From Eledone cirrhosa (Eukaryota): a DNA stretch of 64,000 bases. Below, piece by piece: positions 10,261 to 22,363 of this stretch; the first letter of the stretch is position 1; each line of letters starts with the position of its first letter. A program made the position numbers and the translations under genes. The notes beneath the pieces were generated by a model that had not been told where the DNA came from, ran no database searches, and saw only the letters and a list, made by a program, of their open reading frames with translations. The DNA lies in contig OZ024740.1 of assembly GCA_964016885.1 (NCBI GenBank), positions 71,114,001 through 71,178,000 on the forward strand, written 5' to 3'.

Positions 10261-11378
10261 GACCCGCTCTGAGTATGCGCCTGTAGACTGAGAGAGGGCG
10301 CTTCTCTGGTGGTGAGGGTGGCCATGGTCTTTTGCGTGGTTTTTCGCCACGAGTGTCCCTCGGAAGTTTCCCCCCTATTGGGGAATTTTTGTTGTTTGAA
10401 TTTTTTGATATTTCTATCTTCTTGTTATAACCTTTTTTACCCATGCTGGAGAGAACTCGTCCATGTATCTTGGGAATTTTACCTGCCCTAGATAGATAGA
10501 TATATTTTTATGTGTATATTTATATATATGTATATATATATGTGTATATCTGTTTGTATATGCATGTGTGTATATATTTATATATATGTATATGTATGTG
10601 TATATATATATGTATGTATATGTATGTATATGTGTGTGTGTGTGTGTGTGAATGTGGCAAAGTTAATACGTCAGCAATGACGTGTTGGTCATAATGTCGT
10701 TATGCAGACAGCCAGACATACAGACAGATATTATAAAGGTGTGACAGAGATCGATAACCGGCGCCTAACACCCCTTTAAAATTGAAAAATAAAAGATGCA
10801 GTTAATATCTTTAGACCGCAAGGAATATATAAATGCAAGTTTGAAGTAAATCGGAGTAGAAATGTGGATTTGTATAGACTTTGCAAAAATGAGGACACAC
10901 ACACAGACAACTACAGTTTTATATATATGTATAGATATATATGTACATGTGTGTATATATATATACATATATATTGACTGGTGGTGATGGTGGTAGTGGT
11001 AATGGATGTAGTATAAAATGATATCATTAAATTTGCCTTTCATCCTTACGGGGTCGATAAAATAAAGTACCAGTAATACACTGGATAATTTCTGTCCTCT
11101 TGCCAAAAGTAGAAACAATTAAATTAAGTTAGTTGTTGTTGATTATTCCCAGGTCATCCTTGAATAAACAGGTCTTGCCTTCAACAAGGTGTGGTGTATT
11201 GGGTAACATAGTCTCAAGAGAGATACTCATAAAAAGATGGGAAGGTCATAACAGGATATCTTTTGATCACAAGTCTGTAAATTCAGAGTTGACTTTAATT
11301 AAAAAAACTAAGTGATGTTCCTTTTCACCACCACCACCACATCTCTATATATGTGCATGTGTGTGTGTGTGTAGACGA

Positions 11379-11530
11379 ATTGGCAGAGTTATTAGAATGT
11401 AGTTTAAAATGCTTTGTGGAATTCGTTTCAGCTCTCTGCTCACTGAGTTCAAATCCCACCGGAGTCAACTTTTCCTTTCATCCATTCAAGGTCGATAAAA
11501 AAGTAGCACTCTCCAGTACTGGGGTCAATT
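11379..11530 (+). mobile_element. tRNA-derived SINE (family 1), diverged copy
   Basis: A box tggcagagttatt, B box gagttcaaatcc, and the central gtcaacttttcctttcatccattcaaggtcgataaaa motif. Confidence 0.65.
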
Positions 11531-11885
11531 TTTCTTGTATATCTGTTTCTCTCTTTTTCACTTCTATTCTCTCACTCTCTCTATCCTTCTCTGGAAGAAA
11601 TCTGCTGTGTTCAGACCTGGAGTGAAGATGGGCTCTGCCAGGCTCAAAAGATGCCCAAGAAATGCTGTATGTCACTACAGTGCCCTTACGCCATCTTGGG
11701 CATTATGGAACCATACCATATATATATAATTTTAATTAGAGTGTGTGTTAGTTTATTACCAACACATTAGTATGCAGAGTAGAGCATTCAATGAAGTCTA
11801 CTGTTTACTTTGTTTACTCTGGAGTATATCTATAATCATGAAGTACAAGTCAACGAGTTATAATTCACTTCATTTATTCACAATC

Positions 11886-11944
11886 GCTGTTATATATATT
11901 TCGGTGATAACTGTTATGCAACAGTTATGACCTCATCAGACAGC
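11886..11944 (-). ncRNA. Minimal type I hammerhead ribozyme (Penelope/retrozyme-like)
   Basis: Minus strand: GCTGT-CTGATGA-GGTCATAACTGTT(GCAT)AACAGTTATCACC-GAAA-TATATATA-ACAGC. Intact core, 5-bp stem I, 12/13-bp stem II and a palindromic minimal stem III. Confidence 0.85.
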
Positions 11945-14719
11945 TAGAAGTGGAACAGAAAAAATAGAAAAACATAAAGAAGAAATAAAGCTTACTTCTA
12001 TTGTTTCGATTCATTGATATTCCGCAGGCTGATATGTGGTGTCCTCTCCCAAAGCACCAGTGACATATGACTTAGAAGAAACAGCCTCAGAGTTAGCTTC
12101 ACCACATCATCAAGTCTATTGAATTCTTTAGTGGTGTCATTGTCTGGCTTCAACTTGTTCAGGAATCAGCTCAGTTAGGGATTGACCTTGTAGATATGTT
12201 ATGTTAGATGGAATTATTTTCTGCAGCAACAATGACTGATGATATTCTTAGTTAGGAATGGCAGTTAGCCCCTGTGACCATGGTAGTATTAGTGACAGTA
12301 GTGATAATAATAATAGTATAGTATAATGAACATTGTGTAGTATTATTAGTCGAGAAATAGTGTTGACATATATGAAGGGAATAAAGGTAAAGTAAAAATG
12401 AGGTTGGAGACAGATGATCATTAAATAAGGAATACGTCACACACATAAAATAAATGGTACAGAAGTAAAATCAAAGGGCAGAGAAAAAAGTAACATGAAG
12501 AACAAACATTTGGAGTGTGCGGAATGTCTTAAGATTAGACTCTGCCAACACATGTCTCACAAAATTAATAGTTGTACAGAGATATAGGATATGCTAAGAA
12601 AATTAATAGTTGTACAGAGATATAGGATATGCTAAGAAACATATAAGAATTATATTTGCAAGGAGAAATGGGGAAATCCAAGGGAAAAAAGGCAAGGCAT
12701 GAGTCCTACTGTGTTGTTTGTGTGGCCCTAGGATTCATGTAGAAGCCCAGGAGGTAGGGTTACTAACCATATAGCTTGAGGAAAGTTCCTGTCCTTAGGT
12801 GTCGACAAGCACCCAAAAAATTGGCCCTTCAATTGATTACTTGTATTCACCCCCTGTGTATCTCGAGGGTCTTATTCAGACAGAGGCTGCAAATGCCTGA
12901 CCCACCTCTGTATAGATACATAGGAGCAATATCAACAAGCTTCAAGGACAGATTGATAAACGGAAAAGCACAACCCTTTGGAAGCTTAAGTTGGACAAGA
13001 CCCCACACTCATTGGTCTAGTCCAACTGGCCAGACCTTCCTCGTCCCCCAGCTCCCAAATACTGATCCACTTATGAGCAGGGTATGGCGCAGCCAACTCA
13101 CCTGACACTTCTCATAACAGGATCACCCAGTTCCACACTATAAACGGGGTTGGTGTTAGGAAGGGCAACCAGCTGTAAAAAACCTGCCAAAATACAGTTC
13201 TATATGAGCAAGATACAGCACAGTCAAATTGCTTGACTCACAGAACAAGACCACCCAATTCCATACTGTAAAGGTGGTTGGTGTTAGCAAGGGTATCTAG
13301 CTGTAAAAAACCAGCCAGCCTAAATATAGTCCATTTGAGCTAGGTACGGCACAGCCAACTGGCCCGACTGGCCTCATAACATAGATGACCCATCGAACCC
13401 ATGCAAGCATGGAAAATAAGACATTGAACGGTGATGATGATATATATAATGGAAGGATGTTGTGCTGGAAAAGACCTCTCTAGCCCTTGTTCAGGGAGAT
13501 TTGGCTGCTATTTCATGTAGAAGTAACCTTGTTGTTATGTATAAAATATGTTGCTGTTGTTAATGTTATTGTTTAGCCCTAGGTCATACCTGATCCAACA
13601 GATCTATCATCAAAGACATTCCAGCCATAACTATTGTTTTATATTAATATATACTTTATATCTAGGAATACATTATTTAATGTGTCCTTTTTTAAGAGGA
13701 TGACATCAAACTATGTTAGCAGGGTAAACATACATTAAAGGGTGATGATGATGATGAGTAGGGTGTAATTTGAGATATCTATATATTTGATTAATTCTTT
13801 ATAGAGGCACCTTCACTGGCTTCTATTACAAAGGTTGAACAGCTTGATAAAAGCTTCAGCTCTTGCCCATGTTTATTTTTCCATCACCTAAATGGATAGT
13901 GGTGAATTGTTAGAGCAATTAAAATATTGGATAAAAAGCCTAGCAGTATATGTTCCAGCTCTCTACACAGAAGTCCACTTTGCCTTTCATCTTTTCACAG
14001 TTGATAAACAAAGTACTAGTCCAAGGCAGTGAATGGTGACGTGGCGTATTGTTAGAGCATTGGACAACATTCTTGCAATATCCACTCCAGGTTTTACATA
14101 TTCTTACAGCAATGACTGCATGCCAAATTGTATAGACCATTGTCTTTCCCTTGAACAACATTAGTGGTGTGGAGCAGGGAGACTTATACACAGGCAATTA
14201 CAGGTCCTTCCATTAAAAAGCCTACACCTTGAAAAATTCATTTTCAAGTATAGCTCCATGGTCTGATGTGACATCCAGAGGTGCTTCATACAGTCAGATA
14301 AAGAAAGACAGTAACCATGATATGTGCAAGTCTTCCTAGTGTAGCAAGATTGATACATTTGGAATTTCTGCAGAGAAAACATGGTATGGAAATATTTTCA
14401 AAGACTTGCATTTGTGAAAAACCCTTAATGTAGTGTCTGATGGATGAAACACAGAAGGTATTGGTTAGCTTGAGTGGAAGTGGTCCCTAATGTTCTTTCT
14501 AATTTTTAACAGTCAATGTATGCAAAAATCTTACAATGTACATATTTTACATTGAGCACATTGGTTTGTCCTGCAACAAAACGTATGTGTGCACAGAAGG
14601 TATAAGTATCAAGTTTGGGAGAGAGGGTTTATTCATTTAACTTATCTCCAGTATTTGGGGTATTGAGTTGGGGACTTTATGTGAGGAATTTTGAAGGTCA
14701 TATCCACACACACCCTCTC

Positions 14720-14786
<67 letters not shown>

Positions 14787-14795
<9 letters not shown>

Positions 14796-15188
14796 TAAAC
14801 GGAATAGAAAATGCTGACAAATTGTTCACAGTTGAGAAATGGTTTAATTAGGAATAAAAGAGTATTAGTGATTGTATGGGTTAGTATTCAGTTGTGGTTT
14901 TAAGTTTTTAAGTTTTTACCGGTTGCGCATTTCTAAATGCTTTTCAAAAATAATTTTGAGATAGAGTGTCCGTGCTGTTTGCTCTGATCAGAGCAAACAG
15001 CACGGACACTCTATCTCAAAATTATTTTTGAAAAGCATTTAGAAATGCGCAACCGGTAAAAACTTAAAAACTTAAAACCACAACTGAATACTAACCCATA
15101 CAATCACTAATACTCTTTTATTCCTAATTAAACCATTTCTCAACTGTGAACAATTTGTCAGCATTTTCTATTCTGTTTACCAATATAT
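14787..15188. repeat. ~400-bp spacerless palindrome between (TA)n tracts
   Basis: Arms are reverse complements around ctctga|tcagag (centre 14987/14988). I saw one mismatch (gtaaacggaat vs gtaaacagaat). Confidence 0.95.
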
Positions 15189-15218
15189 AATAACTTGTGT
15201 GTTACACCTCTATTCTTT

Positions 15219-15258
<40 letters not shown>

Positions 15259-15659
15259 AACAAGGTATCATTTAAGGTAATCCAGTTAGAGGTTGTGAGT
15301 ACTCTGTGTTGAGGATAGTTTTAACGTACGGCGTTGTTTGACTCAACAAGAAATTTCCTTAGTGAGGTGGCGAGTTTAAGAGAATTCCCATGCAGGTGGT
15401 TCTAGGTGTAATAATAGTGAAAGAGTAAAGAATAACATGGTTGGCTGTTCAAAAAGGGTTTATTTACAGTATTAACAATTGTTTCATTAATCAGGTGAGT
15501 CTAAAGGCCGCTGATCGCTAGAAATTTCGTCACTCGACCTTAATTACAGTGTGTGTCTTTGATCAAATCATTGAAATACTCTTTCACTATATATACATAT
15601 ATATCATATTTTGTCTAACCCATGCTAGCGTGGAAGATGGACATTAAACGAAGATTATG

Positions 15660-16600
15660 ATCATCATCATCATCATCATTGTTTAACGTCTATCTTCCAC
15701 GCTAGCATGGGTTAGATGGGAATTGTCCCATTTGAGGCAAGATTGTTCAGGTGACCGTGTCTCACTCATATAGGACTATTTGGCTGGTTTTCTATGGCTG
15801 GATGCCCTTCCTAACACCAACCACATTTACAGTGTGGACTGGGAGCTTTTTTACCGTGTTACCTACACGACCACATTACAGCGAGGACTGTGTTTTTTTG
15901 TCGTGACACCTACATGACCTCATTAGTTTGGATTGGATGCACGCAGGGAAGGTGGGTCTTCTGTATTACTGCGTGGCGCCAGAGAATTTGATCCAATGAC
16001 ATTGTCTTAGAGAGGTGCAAGTGTGCAAGGTCAGAATTTATCAAGTCGTCCCAGGTTTTTCTGTAACTACCATCAATTTTGATCGCCCTGCACTTTTTTA
16101 TACAGCTGTCGTCTTTCATGCGCATCAGGTGACCATACAAACATAATCTTCTCTCAAGTAAACAACATCTGATCCCTCTTATTCCTAATTTCTCACTTAG
16201 TTCATTTATGTTTTGCCGTTCGTGTATATTGCTATTACACATCCAACAGAGCATGCATACTTCATTCCTTTCCAGTCTGCGCAGGTCCTCTGCACACAAT
16301 GCCCATGTCTCACTGCCATGTAACATTGTTTTTCATATACAAGCATCATACAATCTGCCTTTCATTTTTAAAAAGAAACCTTTTGTGACCAACAGCAGTA
16401 TAAGCTCTCTGAACTTTTTCCATCCCGTTCTAACTCTGCCTATTGTACTTTCAGACCACCCTCCACCAGGTAACGGAAAATGTCCACTATTTCTATAGAA
16501 CCATCTGGGCAGTAGAAGGAGCTAGTATCCTGTGGGCACTTGCTACTTAATGCACCTGAGCATCGGCCACATATAAAATGTACGTTCTTAGATAGCTTGC
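15660..16600 (-). mobile_element. Decayed 5'-truncated RTE family A copy
   Basis: [33 protein letters not shown], followed by the 3' UTR and (ATC)n tail on +. Confidence 0.85.
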
Positions 16601-17078
16601 CTCAGGGTCAAGAAGAGAGTGTTTACATTGCAGGACATAATGAGTAAGATGCAAGAATTAGAATTAGGCCAGATGTGAGGCACCTTTGCAACCAAAGTTA
16701 GTCAACATATATATGACTCGTGAAACTCCAACAAAAAGACAGCTTGGCCAGTCTAAGAGTTTTTTTTTCCTCACAAAAACCAAAAAGAAAATTCTTACAT
16801 TTCCTTTTATTCGTTAAGTTTTTTGTTTTTTTTAATTTCACCTTTCATTTCTTATAAACATTTATTAAGTGCTCGAAAATAATGGAATTTTGTTGTAGAA
16901 AGAGATTCACACATTAATAGTCAAAGTGTGAAATAGTTACACGAAAACAATTTTCTTAAGAAAAGCGAAAGGGGAGATAAGTAACCAGTCATTAAACAAG
17001 ATTTGCCAGGTTACAAATTTGGACAGAGTTATCTCCCTCTTTTCATGGTCTTGCTTGTTATGTTGAAACTAAAATAAT

Positions 17079-17383
17079 TACTCTCAAGTCTTGAATAATC
17101 GTCCACAAGCCTATTAAATTTTACTAATCTGTCTCCGGCGAAATTTTATTGTAAGTAATTCATATTGATACAGCAGTCGGAGAATCTAATAATTATTTTA
17201 TTTTACATTAAGAAACAATATATATGACAAAAAAAGAACATTACAAGGAATCCCATATTTACGAACGTACACTATACAATTACCGATTTCCCAACCCCCT
17301 CGTTTATTCCACCCACCATCCTCGCTGATGAGAATTTAAGCAAATGTCCACCCACCCCCCTTAGTATTTGGAACCCTAGAGTA
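17079..17383. mobile_element. TA-flanked MITE (Tc1/mariner-pogo-like); second copy inverted at 27341-27660
   Basis: Imperfect TIRs tactctcaagtcttgaataat / tatttggaaccctagagta. The body matches the reverse complement of 27341-27660. Confidence 0.7.
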
Positions 17384-17446
17384 CAAAGCATAACAATTAT
17401 GATAACCATATATACTGTTTTATTTCTACATAATATTGTATATTAT

Positions 17447-17632
17447 ACCGGTGGATTGGCAGTATCGGTAGAGGGTCGGACTCCATGCTTTCCAGCATAG
17501 TTACGTCCCTTTGCGGTCTGAGTTCAAATCCCGCCGAGGTTAACTTTGCCTTTCATCCTTACGGGGTCAATAAAATAAAGTACCAGTAATGTACTGGGTA
17601 ATTAATGGCCTTGTGCCAAAAGTAGAAACTAT
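17447..17632 (+). mobile_element. tRNA-derived SINE (family 1)
   Basis: A box tggcagtatcgg, B box gagttcaaatccc, central gttaactttgcctttcatccttacggggtc..aataaagtaccag and 3' ggccttgtgccaaaagtagaaac. Repeated many times in the window. Confidence 0.8.
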
Positions 17633-17849
17633 TATAACAGTTAACATGTATAATGGTTTGGCTGTTATAGCTGAATTCGTAGGAGAAATTGAGAATAAGT
17701 TCGACTGTGGAAACAATTCAGAATCAAAAGGGTTGAGAGTAAGAACGATAGGACTTGAATCCCATTATGGAATTGACCCTGTTCAATATGTGGAAAAGGA
17801 GTAGTCAGACATTCTATACGATGTACACACTGCAAATCCTAGCTACACA

Positions 17850-18575
17850 AGAGGTATAGTGGGATAGCAGGCAAATTAACAGGAAAGGAAAACTTCGTTT
17901 GTAATAGATGTACAGGGGTAATTGATAGTAATGGTCAGAGATATAAGCCTTTTCCAATCCTATGAAAGATCCATAAGTGGTTGATAGCTTCTGCTGCCTA
18001 GGTAATATAATTAGCAGTGGAGGAGGGTGCTTCGAGAGCATAGTAGCTAGAACAAGGGTAGAATGGAAGAAGTTTAGAGAGCTACTCCTTTTGACAACAA
18101 AAGATCTCTCCTTATGAACGAAAGAACAGCTGTATGACGCCTGCGTATGAAGTGTGATGCTGCATGGTAGTGAAACATAGGCAGTGACTACAGAGGACAT
18201 GTGTAGGCTGGAGAAAAATTAACCAACCATGCTTTGGTGGAGGTTCAATGTTAATGTGCAAGAACCACTAGCCATAAATGAAATGAGAGAAAAACTGGGT
18301 AAAAGAGGAATCCAAAGTAGTGTGCAAGAGAGAAGACTGTGTTGGTATGGACATGTGATGCACTTGGATGATGATCATTGGGTGAAGACATACCAGAAAA
18401 TCCCAGTGGAAGGAAGACTTGAGGGGAGGTGGTGAGAGATAGCCTCAAATTGCTGAAACTCACAGTGGGGATGATGAAGGAATGCGATGAGGGAAGAGCT
18501 GTTGTGCTGAAAAGGCCCCATCCAACACATACAATCATGAAAAAGCAGATATAAAAATGATGGTGGTGATGATGT
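17850..18575 (+). mobile_element. Old, stop-ridden RTE 3' fragment
   Basis: VVDSFCCLGNIISSGGGCFES..QERRLCWYGHVMHLDDDHWVK, with a degenerate (GAT)n tail. Confidence 0.8.
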
Positions 18576-19085
18576 ATGTATGCATGTGTGCAAGGCAAAG
18601 TTGAACTCGGTATACAGAGAACTGGAACAAATAGCACAAAACATTTTAGCCTATGTTCTAACAACAGTTATACATTTACCAACAAATTCTGTTGTATCTT
18701 TTTTAAAAGAGATATATTATATAGGCAAGAGGAGTGGCAGTTATGAAGTGTTCTATGCAAATATCGATATTGGCAATTATAGAAAAATCTTCCATTTGTG
18801 CAGAGAAGAAAGCTATTTTTATTTTTCTCATCATCATTATTGTTTTTATGGCCAGATTTCTGTGCCAACATAGTTTGAAGAGGATGTTTTGGAATGGTGT
18901 TTTACAAGATGGATGCTTTTCTCTACAGTCGCTTCTTATGACACGGGATACAGGATATGCACAGCAATATATTTTTATATATGTATTTCATTGTTTCAGA
19001 TTTTTTGTTTTGTTTTATTTGTTTGTGTTTTTTGTTTGATTTAGGTTTTTCTAAATTTGTCCTCATTTTAACCTGTATTTTCTAG

Positions 19086-19153
19086 TTTCAAAACAGGAAG
19101 CAACAATATCTATAATTGCCATTGGTCTTATCTGCTCTCTATATACAGCTTTA
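19086..19153 (+). CDS. SLC5-family Na+:solute symporter exon a (68 bp, phase 1-0): SKQEATISIIAIGLICSLYTAL
   Basis: ttttctag|...|gtaagt. Joins in frame to GGLKA, giving the SSS-family YTxLGGLKA motif. Confidence 0.8.
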
Positions 19154-19215
19154 GTAAGTAAAACTTTTTTATTTTTATTAATAAATTGGTTTTGATATGA
19201 CTAAACTAAAAGTGA

Positions 19216-19480
19216 AAGCACATGGCTTAGTGGTTAGAGCTTTGGGCGTGCAATTGAGAGGTTGAGTTCAATTCTGAGACCAAGCAAGGCACTTTATTTC
19301 CCATTGCTCCAGTTCACTCAACTGTAGAAATGAGTTGTGACGTCACAATGAACAACATCGGTGGTGTGGAGAGGGGAGACTGGTATGCATTGGTGACTGT
19401 TTGTCTTCCACAAACAACCTTGCCTTGGAGGGAAACTTTCTAGATACAAAATCATGGTCATTAATGACCGATGAGGGCCT
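19216..19480 (+). mobile_element. tRNA-derived SINE with CORE-like centre (family 2 relative)
   Basis: tggcttagtggttagagc, gagttcaattct and agcaaggcactttatttcccattgctccagttcactcaactgtagaaatgag. Confidence 0.7.
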
Positions 19481-19620
19481 TAAAATATATGACTAAACCA
19501 AAAAGAAAAAGAAGGGGGGAAATGAGAATAAGGACTAAACATTCCCAAAATTATTTCTTTTATGTGGCAAAAAAATTGTTTTAATTACTGCATTACAACT
19601 TCTAATTAAATATGTTAACA

Positions 19621-19848
19621 TTAACCCTTTAGCATTTAAACCAGCCATATCCGTCCAGAATTCTCTCACCTCTTTCTGTTCCAACTGGCTGTAACTGGCC
19701 ATTTATACTGATATTAAGGTATTGTTCTCAAAATAAATAATATCAAATCTCATAGATTTGATATTATGTGTGATAATTATATAAGGTAAAGTCTTTACTG
19801 TGAAAATATAATAGTATATATAGAGTAATGTAAATGCTAAAGGGTTAA
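19621..19848. mobile_element. piggyBac-type MITE (TTAA TSD, CCCTTTAGCATTTA TIR); further copies ~26311-26537 and 56769-56974
   Basis: ttaa-ccctttagcattta ... taaatgctaaaggg-ttaa, with homologous bodies in the other two copies. Confidence 0.8.
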
Positions 19849-20141
19849 GTCAACTAAATTCAGGCATGGCTGAATGGTTAAGAAGTTCAGGTCACAATCA
19901 TCACAAGGTTTTTACCATAGCTTTGAACCAGGACTTGTGAGGTAAATTGGGTAGACAGAAATTGAGTGTAAGCCCTAGGTTTCTAATTTTCGAATAAGGT
20001 GCAATTTTTTTTTTTGGGGGGGGGGGGGGGTATCATTCCCAGTACTTGATGGTACCAGACTGGTTCTTGATGTTATCGACCCCATGACAATCCATCTATC
20101 CCTTGCCAGTAAGGAAAGTGAGCATAAACTGATGATGATGA

Positions 20142-20172
<31 letters not shown>

Positions 20173-20900
20173 ACATGAAGGCGCACATCACCAGCAGCCC
20201 TAGTAGCAACACCCCACCGGGGTGCTCTTGCCATAAGCCTGAAGCTTGCCCCCTTCAACAGAAATGCAACACACCAGCTGTAATCTATGAAGCTGTCGTC
20301 CGACCAAACAAACCACAGGAGGTCAAATCCTGTGGGCATGGCAGAGGGCCGATTCAAGGAGCGTTTCCTGAACCACCAGTCTACCTTCAGATACCCGGAC
20401 AGACGTTCATCCACGAAACTCGCGAGCCACGTATGGTCCCTCAAGGACTCAAGTATAGGCTACTCCATTCAATGGAAAGCCATCACTAAGTCCAAGCCAT
20501 ACGCAAAGGGAAATCCTACGTGTGGCTTATGTATTGACGAATGAATAACTATTCTAAAGAGATTACGCAATAGTGATTGCCTAAACACGAGAAATGAATT
20601 TTTCACACATTGTCCACACGTCACCAAACATCTATTGCATAACTACTAGGCTCTGGACTGATTCTTTGTAATTTTAATTTTATTTTCAACCTACAAACTT
20701 TCTGGACTTTCGCAGTTATCTCCCTTACACCTCTCGCACGCAGTCTAGTATTGCCTGTGTGAAGTGACCGAGTTTCTGTGCATGCGCGTTCGTATGGTTG
20801 TCCTTCCTGTTCCTATAACCATACACATCCCGAGCTGAAGATCTGCGAAGGTGAAACAATTGTTCTCGGTATGGTGAACTAACTGTTGTGTAACCACTTC
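20173..20900 (+). mobile_element. Penelope-like element 3' fragment (GIY-YIG endonuclease region plus pLTR), disrupted
   Basis: CSCHKPEACPLQQKC..VIYEAVV / VGMAEGRFKERFLNHQSTF..TKLASHVWSLK..IQWKAI..CGLC..CLNTRNEFFTHCPH, with a frameshift and a stop. Flanked by (TA)n and followed by a hammerhead motif. Confidence 0.85.
20830..20869 (+). ncRNA. Minimal type I hammerhead ribozyme in Penelope pLTR
   Basis: CCGAG-CTGAAGA-TCT(GCGA)AGG-T-GAAA-CAATTG-TT-CTCGG. Intact core, 5-bp stem I, short stem II and palindromic stem III (AACAATTGTT). Confidence 0.75.
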
Positions 20901-22214
20901 TATATATATATGGAGAGAGAGAGAGTGATATAAAATAGATGTTAAACAATGATGATATATATATATCATCATTGTTTAATATCTATTTTCCATGCTTTCA
21001 TGGGTTAGACAATTTTCCACATTATGTGGCCAGACAGGTCAAGTGACCGCATCTTGCTCATACAATCCAATTTTGGCTTGGTGTTCTATGGCCGAATGCT
21101 CTTTCTCATGCCAACCACATTACACCATGTACTGGGAGCTTTTTTCATGGCACTAGCACTTCACAGGGTGAACTGGGTGCTTCTTGTTGCAGTATCAGTG
21201 TGACCACATTTACATAATGAACTAGATGCTTTTTGTCATGGCACCACCACTGTGGGAGAGCAAGAAACATGTCATATATATAATTACCATCATCAAATTT
21301 AATGATGAGGACGAGGAAGAGGGTATACAAATATGACAAGCTTCTGCACAGTTTCTGTCTATCAAATGTCACTCATAAAGTATTGGTCTGTCTGAGGCTG
21401 TAGTAAGAGACACTTGTTCAAGGTATGACACAGTTGTATCAAACCTAAAGCAATGTGGTTGCAGAGTAACATGTTTACCACACAGTCATGTCTGCACTTA
21501 TTCAATAATACATGTAATAAAACAAAATAAAATTTCTAAAAATAACTCATGTCAGTACAGAAAGAAGAGAGAAGGGTATCCCCTCCTCACATTTTATGCT
21601 TCCCACATCTCCAATTCACTTTCCCTGTCTAACCCATGTGAACATGGAAGAAAGATGTACCCTCTACTCCAAACCATATACCTGATTCACTTCCTTATCC
21701 AACCCATGCCAGCATGAAAAACCATGCACACCTCACAATATACTTCCAGATGCAAATCACTCTCTTCAAGGCCTCCTGCGTGACATAATGCTTCCTCCCT
21801 CCAGGTGGTATGACCCCCACCACTACACTCCAATCAACACCTCCCTAGTGCTGGTGCCATGATAAAAATGCACCAGCCCACCCTCTAAATTGGTAGTGTT
21901 GGTACTACAAAAAAAAAGCACCCAGTCCACCCTGTAAGGTGGTAGTGCCAAAATCATGACAAAATGTTCCCAGTACAGGCTGTAAAATGGTTGGTGTTAG
22001 AAAGGGCATGCAGCCATAGAAACCAAGCAAAAAATAAAAAATATGTGCAAGATACGGTCACCTAACTAGTCTAGACTCAGAACATGACAACTTGCCTAAC
22101 CCATGCAAGCATGAAAAATAGATGTTAAAAGGTGATGATGATGATAATGATTATGATGATGTATCCAGCCTAAAAAATGTTAAGCTTATTTAGGTACACA
22201 TTTTTCTCTTTCAG

Positions 22215-22363
22215 GGTGGGCTGAAAGCCAATACTTACATCGAAGCTTTCCAATTAATCACCATGCTCATAGGTCTTTTAGCTATTGTTATTTCCACCTA
22301 CTCCACAAGTAATATTGTTCATGTTTTTTACAATGCAACAGTTAATGATACAGCTACTTCTAT
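22215..22363 (+). CDS. SLC5 exon b (149 bp, phase 0-2): GGLKANTYIEAFQLITMLIGLLAIVISTYSTSNIVHVFYNATVNDTATS
   Basis: tttctctttcag|...|gtaagt. Aligns to GGLKAVIWTDVFQ of SLC5A8-like proteins. Confidence 0.88.

Noticed and set aside
12562-12638. 37-bp direct duplication
   Set aside because: A simple local tandem duplication with no further structure.
17325-17350. CTGATGA motifs here and at ~22841 and ~26622 as hammerheads
   Set aside because: No stem II plus GAAA and no stem I pairing.
18700-19040. Candidate upstream SLC5 exons (YIGKR.. and ctctacag|tcgctt..)
   Set aside because: I could not obtain both convincing similarity and phase-compatible splice sites.
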